DNA of 64,000 nucleotides from Haliotis rufescens (Eukaryota): NCBI RefSeq assembly GCF_023055435.1, contig NW_025963813.1, positions 27,590,001 to 27,654,000 of the forward strand, read 5' to 3'. Shown piece by piece: positions 35,835 to 48,109 of this stretch (position 1 is its first letter; each line of letters starts with the position of its first letter). The notes under the pieces were generated by a model. It saw only the letters and a program-made list of their open reading frames with translations, ran no database searches and was not told where the DNA came from. The position numbers and the translations under genes were made by a program.

Positions 35835-36969
35835 CGGATACGTACAACAGCCCTGCAATTGCTACGATCAACCCCCACAAGTTTTGACTAAGCCAAGTGG
35901 TGGTCTTAGCTAATAAATTCAAGAGCCAGGAAACAATACTCCCTATTATACCGGGAAGTGCAGACGCGGCTTTCCCAGTGCTGAACCTAATGCTTTTAAA
36001 TGCTTTTTTATCCACTCTTTTATGCCACCCCTATCACTAGGGGGTGTGGGAGGTGTGGGTGGTCCACTGCCACCAGTTAACGTGAGAGTCAAAGTTGATA
36101 TAATAAATCCCAATGCGGTTAAAATACTGGCAATGGTTATCCCCTGTTCTCTGAACAATGTTTTAATTTAATCGGCCAGTGTAGTGTCATTGTTGAGGAC
36201 TTGATCGATAGTTTCTCGAATTCGACTGATTTGTGAATAAAGTGCCTTTCTATAACTTGAAGCAGCTTCGAGGCGGGCCAATCTTTCATCTTCTAAGTTA
36301 CGTAAACTTTCTGCAACGCGGCGTCTACTGAATTCATCACCCGCCTGTTCAAGATTTGTTTTCTCATAAGCTATATGCTTGTCAAATTCGGTTAGCTTGG
36401 CTATATTATTGATGACTTCTCCCTGCATTGTTTGCATTGCCTTGTCAAGACCTCATAATTCCCTAATACTGAACTCCGAATATGGTGATACACTTACCTG
36501 GAATTATCGTAGTACATGTAGGTATCCACGATTTCTCCGAGTCTGTCCGAGGCCTGCTTCAAGCTTTCTTCTAAATTATCTTTATCTATGTTACCGAGTT
36601 CAGTATGCACAGTCCTAAGAACCTTAGTAGTCTACACAGAAAGTTTTTCTCATGAGTAGTCTACAAAACCTAATTCATTACAAACAATGTTGATGCCATG
36701 TTTACTGGCTATCGTAGACAAGGCTAGGGGCTTACGAGTACGAGAATTCATAAGATCAATATCGGGTTCGCCACTCAGTCGCAATATTCCTTTACTATCT
36801 ATCGTAAACTTTGAATAGTCATGACCAATTGGGCTAACATCTTTAAAGACATCATAATAATAACGGCTGGTTTCAAAAGTTCATCGTTAAGATTTGTAAA
36901 GCTGCTTCCATCAGTACCCTCTTCGATTGTACAAGTATCAGTTATGTTATCTAGATTAATATCATCCAT
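35809..36969 (-). pseudogene. Polinton coiled-coil plus membrane-helix protein (~400 aa)
   Basis: Joined ORFs 36168-36437, 35946-36158, 35809-36015: long charged helices, ITIASILTALGFIISTLTL, Pro/Gly linker, amphipathic and hydrophobic C-terminal helices; homologue at 62675-63842. Confidence 0.75.
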
Positions 36970-37009
36970 CTTTATATTAAACATAAGGTTACATAATTTC
37001 AATATAACA

Positions 37010-38249
37010 ATGTCTTCGCAATACGGACGCAAGTTAAACCCACAACGTAGACTTCGGGATCCATTAGGGGTCAAAGCAATTCGCCAGTCTCTAACTATAA
37101 CTAATAACCCGAAAACCATTGATCAGAATCAAACGCTTCTGATTCGCTTTCCTAATCTCGGCGCACAGGATGTGTTAGTTCCGGGAACAGTCAGACTAGC
37201 ATTTACAATTAGTTTGACTTCTACCGATGTTTAACAGGGAGCCTGTTCAGAACATAGGTCGTGCTATCGTTAAGAAAATCGCGATTAAAATTAGTGGTAA
37301 TGAGGTTTTGAGTATCGATGATAGCAATAATGTATACTATTGTTACATGGGTCTCTGGAGAACGGATAAAGAGCGGGAAAACTTACAGTACCAAGGTATT
37401 TGTATTCGGAATACATTGAGACTGCGTGTGGGTGCTGATAATGGTGATATTACCATCGTAAAAGATCTTGCTGTTGCCGGCACATTAGGTAACCAATTCT
37501 ATATTCCGCTAGACTTTGAATTACTAGATAGTCACATGCCCTTTTATCAAGCATCCCTAGGCGATAGGTTAGAATACGAACTAACTTTTAATGACTATGA
37601 GTAATCAGAGCTGCTGTTATCAGCAGATATGATAACAGATCCTGAATTAGCCAGCCAAATTCGTAACCAGTATACAGGCAGTTTAGCTATTTTGTACGAT
37701 CGCGTGCTTCCACACCGAAAGATCATTATGAGCAAAAAAGATACGACGTGGAATATCAATCTAAACGTTTTCACGAGATCATTGAAGGGTATTTTAATGT
37801 TGTTCGAGGACCCCTCCGATGCATTTGAAAGAAATACCGAGAAGTTCTACAATCCCAAGATTACAAAAGTAGAATTGACTATCGAGGGCATTCCTAATCA
37901 ACTATATAGTTAAAGAATGCTAGCGTATCAACAAGGGGATGAGATTAAAAAAAAACCTTCTATAAAAAGAAGCCCAGAAGTTAACGTGGTCGTGAAAGAT
38001 CTGTCTCTCGGGGATGTATCGATAGGTGAATACCTCACCACGAAGTACCTGCTATGGCTTGACATGCGAACCTCGGACGATGACCAACTACACGGTAGTG
38101 GGAGGAGAATACAAAATGCTAGCGAGGGTGTCACTATAGAGATAACGAAGCTCCAGGAATCAGCTAGTAAATGAAACATATATTTGTAGGTGATTATGAA
38201 TGCGCAACTTAATATACAGATTGGACGATTCGTGCAAGCAATCTATTGA
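37010..38249 (+). pseudogene. Probable major capsid protein (double jelly-roll), frameshifted
   Basis: About 410 codons, beta-strand-like pattern (IVKKIAIKISGNEV, FYIPLDFELL, LEYELTFN, KITKVELTIEG), directly upstream of the ATPase. Fold is inferred from size, pattern and context. Confidence 0.65.
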
Positions 38250-38874
38250 TAATCTTTTACCTAAAGAACCGCACTGCGCTATAATCTGCGGGCAAACAGG
38301 TTGTGGAAAAACAGCTTTTATTCTAGATATTTTACAAAGTCATTATCGGGACGTTTTCGATCATATTATTATTCTGTGCCCGACTATAAGCGTGAATAAA
38401 ACATACTTATCGAGAGATTGGGTAATGAATGACGATGGGGTGCACAGAGTTGATCCAGGCGATCGTTTACAAGACTGTTTACAAGTATGTCACGAAAAAT
38501 ACAAAGGAGAATCAACCCTTTTCATAATAGACGACTGCAGCGCAAGTAAAGAACTTACCAAAAAGAAAGACATGTTTTCATATTTAGCATTCTCCGGACG
38601 ACTTGTTCAGCATAGCGTTTGGGTACTTACTCAAAAATACAACTCTGTCCTGAAAGATCTTATTAGAGAGCAAACCAAATGGGTAGACCTGTTTCATTGC
38701 AAAGATGGAGATTAATTTGAGGAATGTCTACGCGAAGATGATGTTATTTATACCAAGTCCAAACAAGATAAAGTCAGAAAACTGTTAGCTTCAACGAAGC
38801 ACTGTAAACTCGTATTAAAAACCAATCAACCAGCTGCTTATGCAATTGCTAAGCAAAATGTAGCAAAATTATAG
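38246..38874 (+). pseudogene. A32/FtsK-like genome packaging ATPase
   Basis: Walker A ICGQTGCGKT, Walker B LFIIDD, SGR..HSVWVLTQKY motif, REQ arginine region; premature stop at 38713-15. Confidence 0.9.
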
Positions 38875-38950
38875 CAAAAATATCAAAAATATGGCAAAAA
38901 TATAGCAAAAATAGCAAAAATATAGCAAATATGAAGCAAAATTAGCAAAC
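38850..38950. repeat. Short iterated (TA)TAGCAAAA(A) motif, about 10 copies
   Basis: AAGCAAAATG TAGCAAAATT ATAGCAAAAA ... TAGCAAAC with 10-12-bp spacing. Confidence 0.85.
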
Positions 38951-38961
38951 AATACGATAAA

Positions 38962-39930
38962 ATGAACATTAGCGGTTTTTATGACATAATGTGGCTTGAA
39001 ATCCTCATTCTTTCGCAACATTTTATTATTACAGGCTGTATTGGATATGCGATATTATATTATGTTACACTTAAATATCTCCTTAGGTATTACATTATGG
39101 AATGTGACGAACTCATCAAACAAATGCTCAAAAAACCAGATCAACATGTAGATCAAGATGTAGATAAACAAAGAGAAAGACTCGCGGCTTTGGTAGCCGG
39201 TGGCAAATGCTCCGAATATTAGGGGGAAAATTATACCATCGAAAAAATTGATAACATGACCGACGAAGAAATTACAAAACTGTACGTGCGTTACGAGTCT
39301 AGACTGGGAGCTACCATGACTAAAACAATAGGGTCGGCTATGTTACAACTATATACAGTCGTAGCTAGTATGTTTCTTCCTATCCCGGCAGAACATCGCC
39401 CGTATTTATGCGAATCTCTCAAGAAAGACCCATTCATCGAACACGCTATAAGCGCAGTGAGCTGTGAGTTTTATCATAGATGCAGGATGTTCTCAGCTCC
39501 GGTGACCACCGCTTTAATAACGGCTACGTATTGTCAATTTAAACATACGTGCCTACTTAATAATAATGGAGACTCAAGTGACACCACAACAGATTGTACA
39601 ACAAGTGACACCACAGATTGTGAAGAACAACAAGTGAACGAGGATGCACAACAGATTGTGAATGAGGAAATACTAGCAATATCACAAGTCAGAGTTACTA
39701 AGAAGAACCCCAGAAAAATAGCAGCCAGTAGGAAGGGCGGGCTGGTGAGGAAAGCGAAAATAATGCATAATTCAAATATTGAACATAGTCGTCCGATTAA
39801 AACTTGGGCACTAGGTGTTGTTGCTATAGCGGTAGTATGGTTGTTTTATAAAACCGGAGAAGAGAAAACGTCACCCCCGATTACACAACAAGAAGTTCAA
39901 TTAGAGGTTAGCCCCCATATAATGGTATAA
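38962..39930 (+). pseudogene. Polinton ORF cluster of unknown function with hydrophobic segments
   Basis: ORFs 38962-39222 and 39256-39930; hydrophobic IIITGCIGYAILYYV-type and WALGVVAIAVVWLFY segments; KKNPRK.AA.RKG basic motif. Original gene boundaries are unclear. Confidence 0.55.
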
Positions 39931-39936
39931 GAAGCA

Positions 39937-40153
39937 TGACTACTCCAGTTACAGACGGTAAATTGTTGGTAAAAGCAACGTATCATTCAGCAGTGGTCAC
40001 TGGCTTGGCCATTGGCTATGCTTGTTTAGCTAAAATGATTACTAAGGCCACATCACCCAAGCTAGATTTTAATGGTTATGATATCAGTATGATGATTCTC
40101 GATATTGGATAAGCAATGGCAACAAAAGATTATCTCATCAAACAAGGGCTTAT
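39937..40153 (+). pseudogene. Small hydrophobic Polinton ORF (~70 aa, one internal stop)
   Basis: MTTPVTDGKLLVKATYHSAVVTGLAIGYACLAKM...LDIG*AMATKDYLIKQGLI. Confidence 0.5.
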
Positions 40154-40208
40154 CCTGGAAGATATAATGAAGTAATTAAACATTTGAATATTTTATAGTC
40201 ATATAAAC

Positions 40209-40622
40209 ATGGCAACAATTGCGATGATGGTCGGTGGGGCTATTGTTAATGCGCTAGCTTTTTCGGGGAGTAATTATTTATTTTCTACTCTGAGGGAATC
40301 AAACTCTAAAGAAGTTGAAGAGGAGCGTAAACGACATAATAAAGTATTAATACAACTCGAAGCAGCCCAGTCACAATGGACCAGGAATAGGATATTGAGA
40401 TTAGATTTTATTAATGAAGAACTGTGTAAGCAGGGACATTCAATTCAAATGTTTAAGGATGTTGAATCTGCCATGCACGAATACTTCCTTGTTTATCAAA
40501 AAAAACTTGGCCCAATACCAAAACCAACAATAAGTCAGTTTTATACAAATTCAATTCAACCGATGTTCTGTTGGTATTTACTGTGTGATCCACTCTTATT
40601 TCATCAGGCAGGGAAACATTAA
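40209..40622 (+). CDS. Polinton protein with hydrophobic N-terminus and coiled coil
   Basis: MATIAMMVGGAIVNALAFSGSNYLFS...EEERKRHNK; preceded by ATATAAAC-ATG; 3' end uncertain. Confidence 0.6.
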   Translation: MATIAMMVGGAIVNALAFSGSNYLFSTLRESNSKEVEEERKRHNKVLIQLEAAQSQWTRNRILRLDFINEELCKQGHSIQMFKDVESAMHEYFLVYQKKLGPIPKPTISQFYTNSIQPMFCWYLLCDPLLFHQAGKH

Positions 40623-40975
40623 CTATACATGTTCTGTATGTGGGATAGGGGTCAAAGGTCGTTATTGTTTATGTAAGAAGCACGGTGCTGATAGGGTCAG
40701 GAACCAGATTATTTACGCTAGGAAGAGAGATTACACCAATGAGAGGAATAGGTTGGGGGAGAATACATATTTAGATATATGAAAAACAACCATTTAGAGA
40801 TTTGACTCATTTTGCATATACCATTAAACCACAATGGTTTTTGTGAGAGAGTTGAAGGCTTTGGCAAAACAATTAGAAAAGCTGAATTGATCGATTTACT
40901 CGGTTTGGAATACAACCAACCCCAGACTGTTAGAGAACTCAAAGCTCAAGCAGTGGGCTGTGAGGTTATTCTGGA

Positions 40976-41690
40976 ATGAGAAAAGCTGAATTGATCGCTT
41001 TACTAGATAATAATCAACCCGATTATAAAAAACAACAAGATGATGTTGAATTAAAATTTGTACCCACAGCCGGCGTTGGTAAATATCTAAGAGTTTGGAA
41101 GATGGATATTAATTCCAACATGGATGTTAATGATGTTAAGCCTATCATATTGAGTAAAATTAAGGAGGAATTAGATGATTTACATAGTATAAAATTCCAG
41201 CTGACGATTAAAATGTCATTGAGTAAAAGTAGCGCAGACGATAGCACTGAATATACCGAACCATATTTCCGAAGCAATCAAGAAGTTATAACCGGATCCG
41301 ATACTATAAACGCATCATTAGATACATCAATTCAGAGAATAAAGGAAACTTTAGAACGCTGGACTAATAGAGGTTCGGGTTGGGGTGTGGATAAAATCGA
41401 TAGTTTATATTTAGATAAAGCAAAATAATTTAGCTATAAATGTTTTCAGACATTCTTCTAAAGGAATTGTTGTACGCAGGATAAGCTCCGCCCCAGAACA
41501 TATTCCCAGAATCAATTTATTTCTAATAAAAAAAGATGATAAATATCATTATACGTGGATAAAGAGTTTAAGCAGACTATTATGCGATAAAAAAAAACAT
41601 GCAGGAAAGAAATATTTCTGCGAAAGATGCCTGCATGGGTAAAGCAGACAAGATCTGTTAGAAGCGCATAAAGAAGACTGTAGCGGTGTT
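40976..41690 (+). pseudogene. N-terminal part of protein-primed DNA polymerase B
   Basis: KFQLTI...EPYFRS...RGSGWGVDKID and NLFLI..HYTWIKSLSRLL..YFCERCLHG, which recur in N-termini of Polinton pPolBs; cut by insertions at 41690. Confidence 0.75.
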
Positions 41691-41826
41691 GTCAGTCTTG
41701 CTTGACAACGGTATAAGGATCTATACCGAAACGTCGCTTTTTACAGTATTAAGGAAGTTGTTATCCATAAAATTGTGTCTATCTTGTCATCCGCCAACTT
41801 CTAAGTAATGCCTATCAAACAAGTTG
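41691..41826 (+). mobile_element. Penelope-like pLTR fragment with hammerhead-like motif
   Basis: CTTGACAAC-GGTAT-loop-ATACC-GAAACGTCG (41701-41736) and downstream GAAGTTGTT.ATCCATAAA...CAACTTCTAA..ATGCCTATCAAA shared with the 29455-29908 element. Confidence 0.55.
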
Positions 41827-41829
41827 CTT

Positions 41830-42670
41830 ATATAGTAATTTTGAAATTTTGAGATTTGGAAAGAATGCCAAGAGTGGGTGGGGGACGAACTAAGGGAGCT
41901 GTGTGTGTTGGGTGGTTGTTAGATAAGGTATTTTTGGTTTTATCATTTTATTTGGGGTTTAAATGCGACTAATTAGTCCTGTTTTAATTAGGTATAAACC
42001 TAAGGCTTTGAATTTTTCTCATTTATTTTGTGGATTTAGGATTGATTCTAGTGTAAGTCCGGTTTTAAGATTTAGGGTGGTCTGTAGTGTTGTTCGGTGT
42101 GTTTGGTAGTGTGTGCAGTGAATGAGTACGTGTTCTGGTGTTTCTTGTTGTTTGCAATGTGGGCAGTTTCCTGTTGTGTGTAGATTAGCTATTGTACGGT
42201 GATTATTTAGTTTGGTGTGGCCTGTTTGTAGTTTAGTAATTATTCTGTCGATTTTTTTGGATGGGTGTAGTATTTTTGGTTTATTTAGGTTTTTTTGGAG
42301 TACTTTCCTGATTTGGCTATTTAAGTTTTGGTATATATTTTGCCATTTTTTTGTTGATTTTTTGTTTAGTGAGACTTTTGATTGCTGTTTTTGAGCTGGG
42401 TAAGTTTAAGCTTATTTCTGGGAGTTTAAGGGATAATTTTGCTGCTGTATCTGCCTTTTCATTTCCAAAGATTTCTACGTGGGCGGGGGTCCAAATGAAC
42501 TCTATTTGTTTACCTGCCCTAGTTAAGTTGTTTGAGCTATTGAGTATTTGATTTATTAGTTTGGGGTGGTTTTTGGTGTTTTTATTTTTTAGGGCTTGTA
42601 GTCCACTGAGGGAGTCGGTTAGGATGAGGATTTTTTGTTGTTTTTTAGACTGCTGATTGTGTAGTGCTGA
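41830..42670 (-). mobile_element. 3' fragment of an RNase H-encoding LINE (I/Nimb-like group)
   Basis: Minus strand: ILTDSLSGLQAL, FIWTPAHVEIFGNEKADTAAK (RNase H), then LQTGH..LN...CPHCKQQETPEHVLIHC (C-terminal zinc motif). Confidence 0.85.
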
Positions 42671-45589
42671 GACAACTAAAAGGTCTCAAGATTAAGTATT
42701 CGGCTGGATGGCAGCTGCCATTTAATTACAAAACAGACAGTCGTCTAGACGGCTCACATGTAAGTGCGCCGACATGTGCCTAAGATCATAAAATGGACAA
42801 TCTTTGGTAACATCTAATTTATTGTTGTCTCACGCCAGAGCTGTGAATAATTCTGTTCATTGAACAATTGGAATTCAGGAAGTTATCAATAATTGTTTTA
42901 CTTAACATAAGATAAGATAAGTTGTTTACAACATAATATTATGATGTCAGCACGTACTACAGTCAAAACCATATATTTTAAAATCAATTTAATGACAGAC
43001 TATGATTTCCAAGTCCCGATTAGCAAATCAATGAGGTATCAGTTTCACCACATGTGCACAGACCGCCTATACTTATATATATATTTTTCATAACTATTCT
43101 CCAGTTAAAGTCCTATCCTCTTATCAAAAAATCCGTGAGACTCATCATCAACGAAACTTATTCTCATCAAAGAATACAAAAAAATGAAGAATCAGATGCA
43201 TACATTTATTGCCATGCTTCATTCATCACGAAGTAGATTTACATACATTTGTGCATAGCACTTAAACTGTGATAATGAATTTTACCATTGTCCATATTAT
43301 ATGATAAATATTAACCATAATATGGATTTCCGAATATATAAATGACTCCAACGTTGATATTTCAGACAAAAACAAAGTCAGCTGTCTTTTAACCTTCAGG
43401 GGAAAAGGGTTTGCTTTCACAATTGAACATTTGTTTTCGCCAAAGGACAATCAAATCAAGCCAAAAACACGAAAAATACACATATATGGTTAGCGACCGT
43501 CATTATACAGCGATGGGGGGAATTCGTCTGCTCTAACTGCCTTCACAAAAACATTCCAGCCCTTAATTACTGAGGCAGCTGTGACGTAGTAGCATTACAT
43601 TCGCTGCGTTTGCAGCATATAAGATGTGTAATTTGTGGAGTGACTAAAGTAATATTACGGCTGAAATCTTACTTGCATGGTTGTTTTAATAGAAAACTTA
43701 CGGTTTAAAAACACAATTGTTCTTATATAATGTTTTTAGGTTTGGTTTATAAATACAAGAGAAGATTTTTTATACATATAAAACTAGTCGAAAATACAGC
43801 CGAACAATAGAAAAAGAAAAATAGGAATTGTGAATAGTGACAAATTTTAATTACATCACCGTGTCAATAATTATTGATTGATTCCGTCAAACAACTGTCA
43901 AACCATTTATTGCCATGTACGTACATGTACACAGGAAGTCGGCGCTGTCGGAGGCTCCAGGTAAATAAACATCGTGGTTTTATGACGGGAGATCAGACGA
44001 ACCGCGAACCAGGGGCATGCGACGTAATTACACCTAAAGGTGGTAGAACCAGGGTATTGTCTCTTGGACTGGCTAATTGACCGTACGTTTAACTGGTAAA
44101 TATATTCGTTTTGACACCCGTGTTTCATGCGCATCCCGGCTCATAAGCAGAATACAGACAAATGAGGCCCCATGATCAGCGGAGCGTGAACAACATGGAT
44201 GCCGCCTTTCGGCCGTACCGAACAGTCAAGCTGCGATCTCGGAACTGAATCCAATTGCAAGCGGAGACAAGATTACTTCCCTTACCCAAACATGATCGTT
44301 GCTCAGAAATGTTCAAATCTATCTTCAGTAAATCATGAAATTAATGCGAGCATGACATTTATGCGAAAAATGCGATCGTCAGTCCCTCTGATTATTTTAA
44401 TATGTTTCATTTCATCATGATAAAAAAGTTAGTCACTTATAAGGTTACCAGTTGAAAATGGAAACGATCGTTAACAAAAATAACAAAATGTATTCTCTCA
44501 TCACTCAGCCTAACAGTAATATAACTGCAAATTAAACAATCAAGTACGCTAAAGTATTACACATGGTGGGTGGAGGACCAGGGGCACTTTGAGTTTGACA
44601 GGTGTCATCAACTGGTCAAGTAACATCACGGTTTGTATATTCACGTTGATTGGACAGTCTAGACTGGCGCCAACTAATCATGACGGCGTCTTCAGAACAG
44701 AACAGAACTTTATTTCTCCCAGGTTTAGGCTTACGTGGATAACGGAAAATTTTGTTTAAGTGATAGCACATTTGTAATTCAATCTAATATACTTTCCTTG
44801 ATTGATTATATGGCTGCGGTCGTAGATCCGGATGTATCTAAATATGCTCAGTATATACACAGGGTTTATTGTTATACTATTAGGATTAATAGATACAATT
44901 GAGTATTTATACCCTTGATCATAAAGTTAGTCACTACTTTCACATTTTGATTTGTATGATTTGTGTTATGATTAAATTGACAAAATAAGAAATCATTCCG
45001 TGTATATGTGTATTATATATTGTACCCCAATACGTAATTAAATTGTGTATAAATAAGGACACTAGGTTAATTACTGTAATTGATTATTTGATAAACATAT
45101 TCACATTTAGTTGCGTGATATGTCACAGAGGTAAAGCTAATTCATAACAACTAATTGTCCCATTTATTTGGCTTCTATCTTTTATATGAAACAAATGCTA
45201 TATATTCTTGTACGAACACTTATCAAAATTCATTTATACCTAGTACTTTTATGTACATATGTATATTAGTTCAAATTATAATAATGATGCCCTCTTTATT
45301 CTCGAAACGGTCTTTGTTCTACGACAACCGTAAGTCGGTATGGGAAAACAAAATATTTGTTTAATTGTTCAAAGTTCATAGTCAATGTCATATGATTATA
45401 GACAAGGAAGATAAGAAATTAAATATAAAGAGTAGCCACTTTAAATGACAGAAATTCTTTTAGCTAAATTTACTCATGATTTGGTCTTTTCGTGGTACAT
45501 AGCGCCAAAATACTCTTAATTATTTTCTTTCATGTCATTACTAATCTCAAATAAGGTCAAAAGTTGTACAACGTTTAACATATATGATT

Positions 45590-45754
45590 ATGACATGTTG
45601 TATCCAAACATTTCCAAACAAATCCAAACAAATCCAAACAAATCCAAGCTTGGAAATATGACTTTGCCAAATATTGGAATGGTCATATTTCCAATTGGAA
45701 TGGTGGTATTTCCAAGTTTTGGATTTTTTGGAATGGATGATATTTTGTCCAGTG
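45590..45754. mobile_element. Right end of a CACTG-terminal (CMC/EnSpm-like) DNA transposon
   Basis: Ends ...TTTTGTCCAGTG exactly where pPolB resumes (RGPDAA); subterminal TCCAA/TTGGA repeats in both orientations. Left end not found. Confidence 0.5.
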
Positions 45755-48109
45755 AGAGGTCCCGATGCAGCGGGAAAGTTCCTAGAATATCTACAAAATG
45801 AAGAGAGAATAATCAGTGAAAATTTAACGCGTAAGAAACCAATGTGTATGACGAGGGATGATTGGAGGGCCTATAAGAAGTCAACGAGTTGTCATGTTTG
45901 TAATAAACCCCTGAATGGGGATTCCGTAAGAGATCATTGCCATGTCATGGGTAATTATCGGGGAGCCGAGCATAACGAGTGTAACTTGAAACTAAATATG
46001 AATTCTCAAACAATACCCATCCCTGTTGTGTTTCATAACCTTAGAGGATACGATTCCCATCTCATTATGCAAGCTATCTCAAAGATCGACGGCGGCTTAA
46101 CGTGTATTCCTAATGATATGGAAAAATATATATCGTTCTCATTGACTAAAACTATACATTATACGGACAAGGATGGGAAAGCCAGAATAAAGCAAAGTAA
46201 TGGACTTAGATTCATAGACTCCGTACAGTTTCTGTTATCTTCCCTGGACAATTTAGCTAATGCGAACAATCCTGATGACTTTGCAATAACAAATCAATAT
46301 ACCGATCGGTGCCGTCATTTGTTGCTGAGAAAAGGTGTATATCCTTACGAATATATGGATGATTGGTCTAGATTCGACGAAACTAAATTACCACCCCTTG
46401 AATCATTCTACAGTAACTTAACTTAATCTAAAATGACAGATGCCGATTATGAACACGCTCTGACGGTCTGGGATAAATTAGGTTGTAAGAATTTAGGTGA
46501 TTATCACGATCTGTACTTAAAAACCGATGTACTGTTACTCGCCGATCTATTCGAGATATTTAGAAAGACATGTTTACAATACGGCTTGGACCCGGCATGG
46601 TACTATTCCAGTCCCGGACTATCGTGGGATGCATTGTTGAAGAAGACCGGTGTAGAACTAAAACTACTCACAGATTACGATATGCACTTGTTTATTGAGA
46701 AATGATTAAGAGGTAATATATCGATCGTAGCGAAAAAGGTATCCTAAGGCTAATAATAAATTAGTGGAAGGATATGATCTGAGTAAACCCGACACGCACA
46801 TATTATATCTCAACGCCAACAATTCGTACGGATGGGCTATGAGTCAACCTTTACCCAAGGGTGGTTTTGAGTGGTTCGATGATATCGAAACGAATGATAT
46901 CTATAATATCAATGTGAATAAAGGGTACATACTAGAAGTTGACTTGGAATATCTAAAATCGTTAGTTACATAAAGATCATAACAGTTATCCGCTAGCTCC
47001 CGAAAGATTAATGGTGAATAAAGATTGGATGTCGGAATATCAACACTCCTTGATGGGTAGTACAAACTCGTACCAAATTTGATGGCTAAGACAAAATATA
47101 TAGTTCACTACAGAAATCTCCAGTTATATCTATCGTTAGGTTTGAAACTAAAGAAAATACACAGAGTTCTAAAGTTTGATCAAAGCCCTTGGATGGAGCC
47201 CTATATAAGGCTGAACACAGATTTAAGAAAGATAGCCACCAGCGATTTTGAAAAGAATCTATATAAGCTCATGAATAACTCAGTATTTGGTAAAACCAAT
47301 GGAGAATCTAAGGAAGTGTGTTGATGTTAAATTAGTCAGAATTAATGAGGAAGAAAGACTCAGGAAACTTATAGCCAGTCTGGCTTTTAACAGAAGCAAG
47401 ATATTCGATAACGACTTAGCGGCGTTGCATATGCAGAAGAGTAATATAAAATTCAACAGACCGCTGTACGTTGGTATGAATATTCTTGACTTGTCAAAAC
47501 ACTAAATGTATGACTTTTATTACAATGAACTTAAGAAGCAATACGGCGATAGATGCGAGGTGTTATATACCGATACAGATTCTTTGTTGATGGAAATAGA
47601 AAACCGAGGAAGTGTATAAAGAAATGGCAGAAAAAATAGATATGTACAACACGAGCGATTACCCTAAAGATAATCCACTGCACAGCATAGTAAATAAAAA
47701 GGTGTTAGGTAAGATGAAGGATGAATGTGCTGGGACCCCTATAGCGGAGTATGTCGGATTAAGACCTAAGATGTATTCTATAAAGAAGTCCGATAATGGA
47801 GAGATAAGAAAAGCTAAGGGTGTTAAGAAGTATGTGGTAAAAAAGCATATCAAACACGAACAGTATAAAGAAGCATTATTCAAGGGTAGAACATTCAAAC
47901 ACAAGATGAACTCTTTAAGAAGTTACAATCATAGGATATATGGATTAAGAATGAACAAGACATCATTATCCCCCTTAGATTCAAAGAGATGGATTGATAA
48001 TGATGGTGTAACTACCTATGCTTATGATTATGGTGGTAATACTGTATTGTTGGGAACTATGAGCAGCTCTTCTCGTACAAATGCCCTGCCCGGTCCATCT
48101 TTAAGATAA
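45755..48109 (+). pseudogene. polB: Protein-primed DNA polymerase B, main body (multiple stops and frameshifts)
   Basis: CHVC..VRDHCH..G.YRGA.H..CNL (endonuclease VII-like insert), FHNLRGYDSH, FIDS, RKGVYPYEY, DVLLLAD, (D>N)[38 protein letters not shown]. Confidence 0.95.

Noticed and set aside
42670-45590. Extra Polinton genes or a host gene in the polB interruption
   Set aside because: AT-rich with only short ORFs lacking motifs; probably the interior of a non-autonomous DNA transposon.
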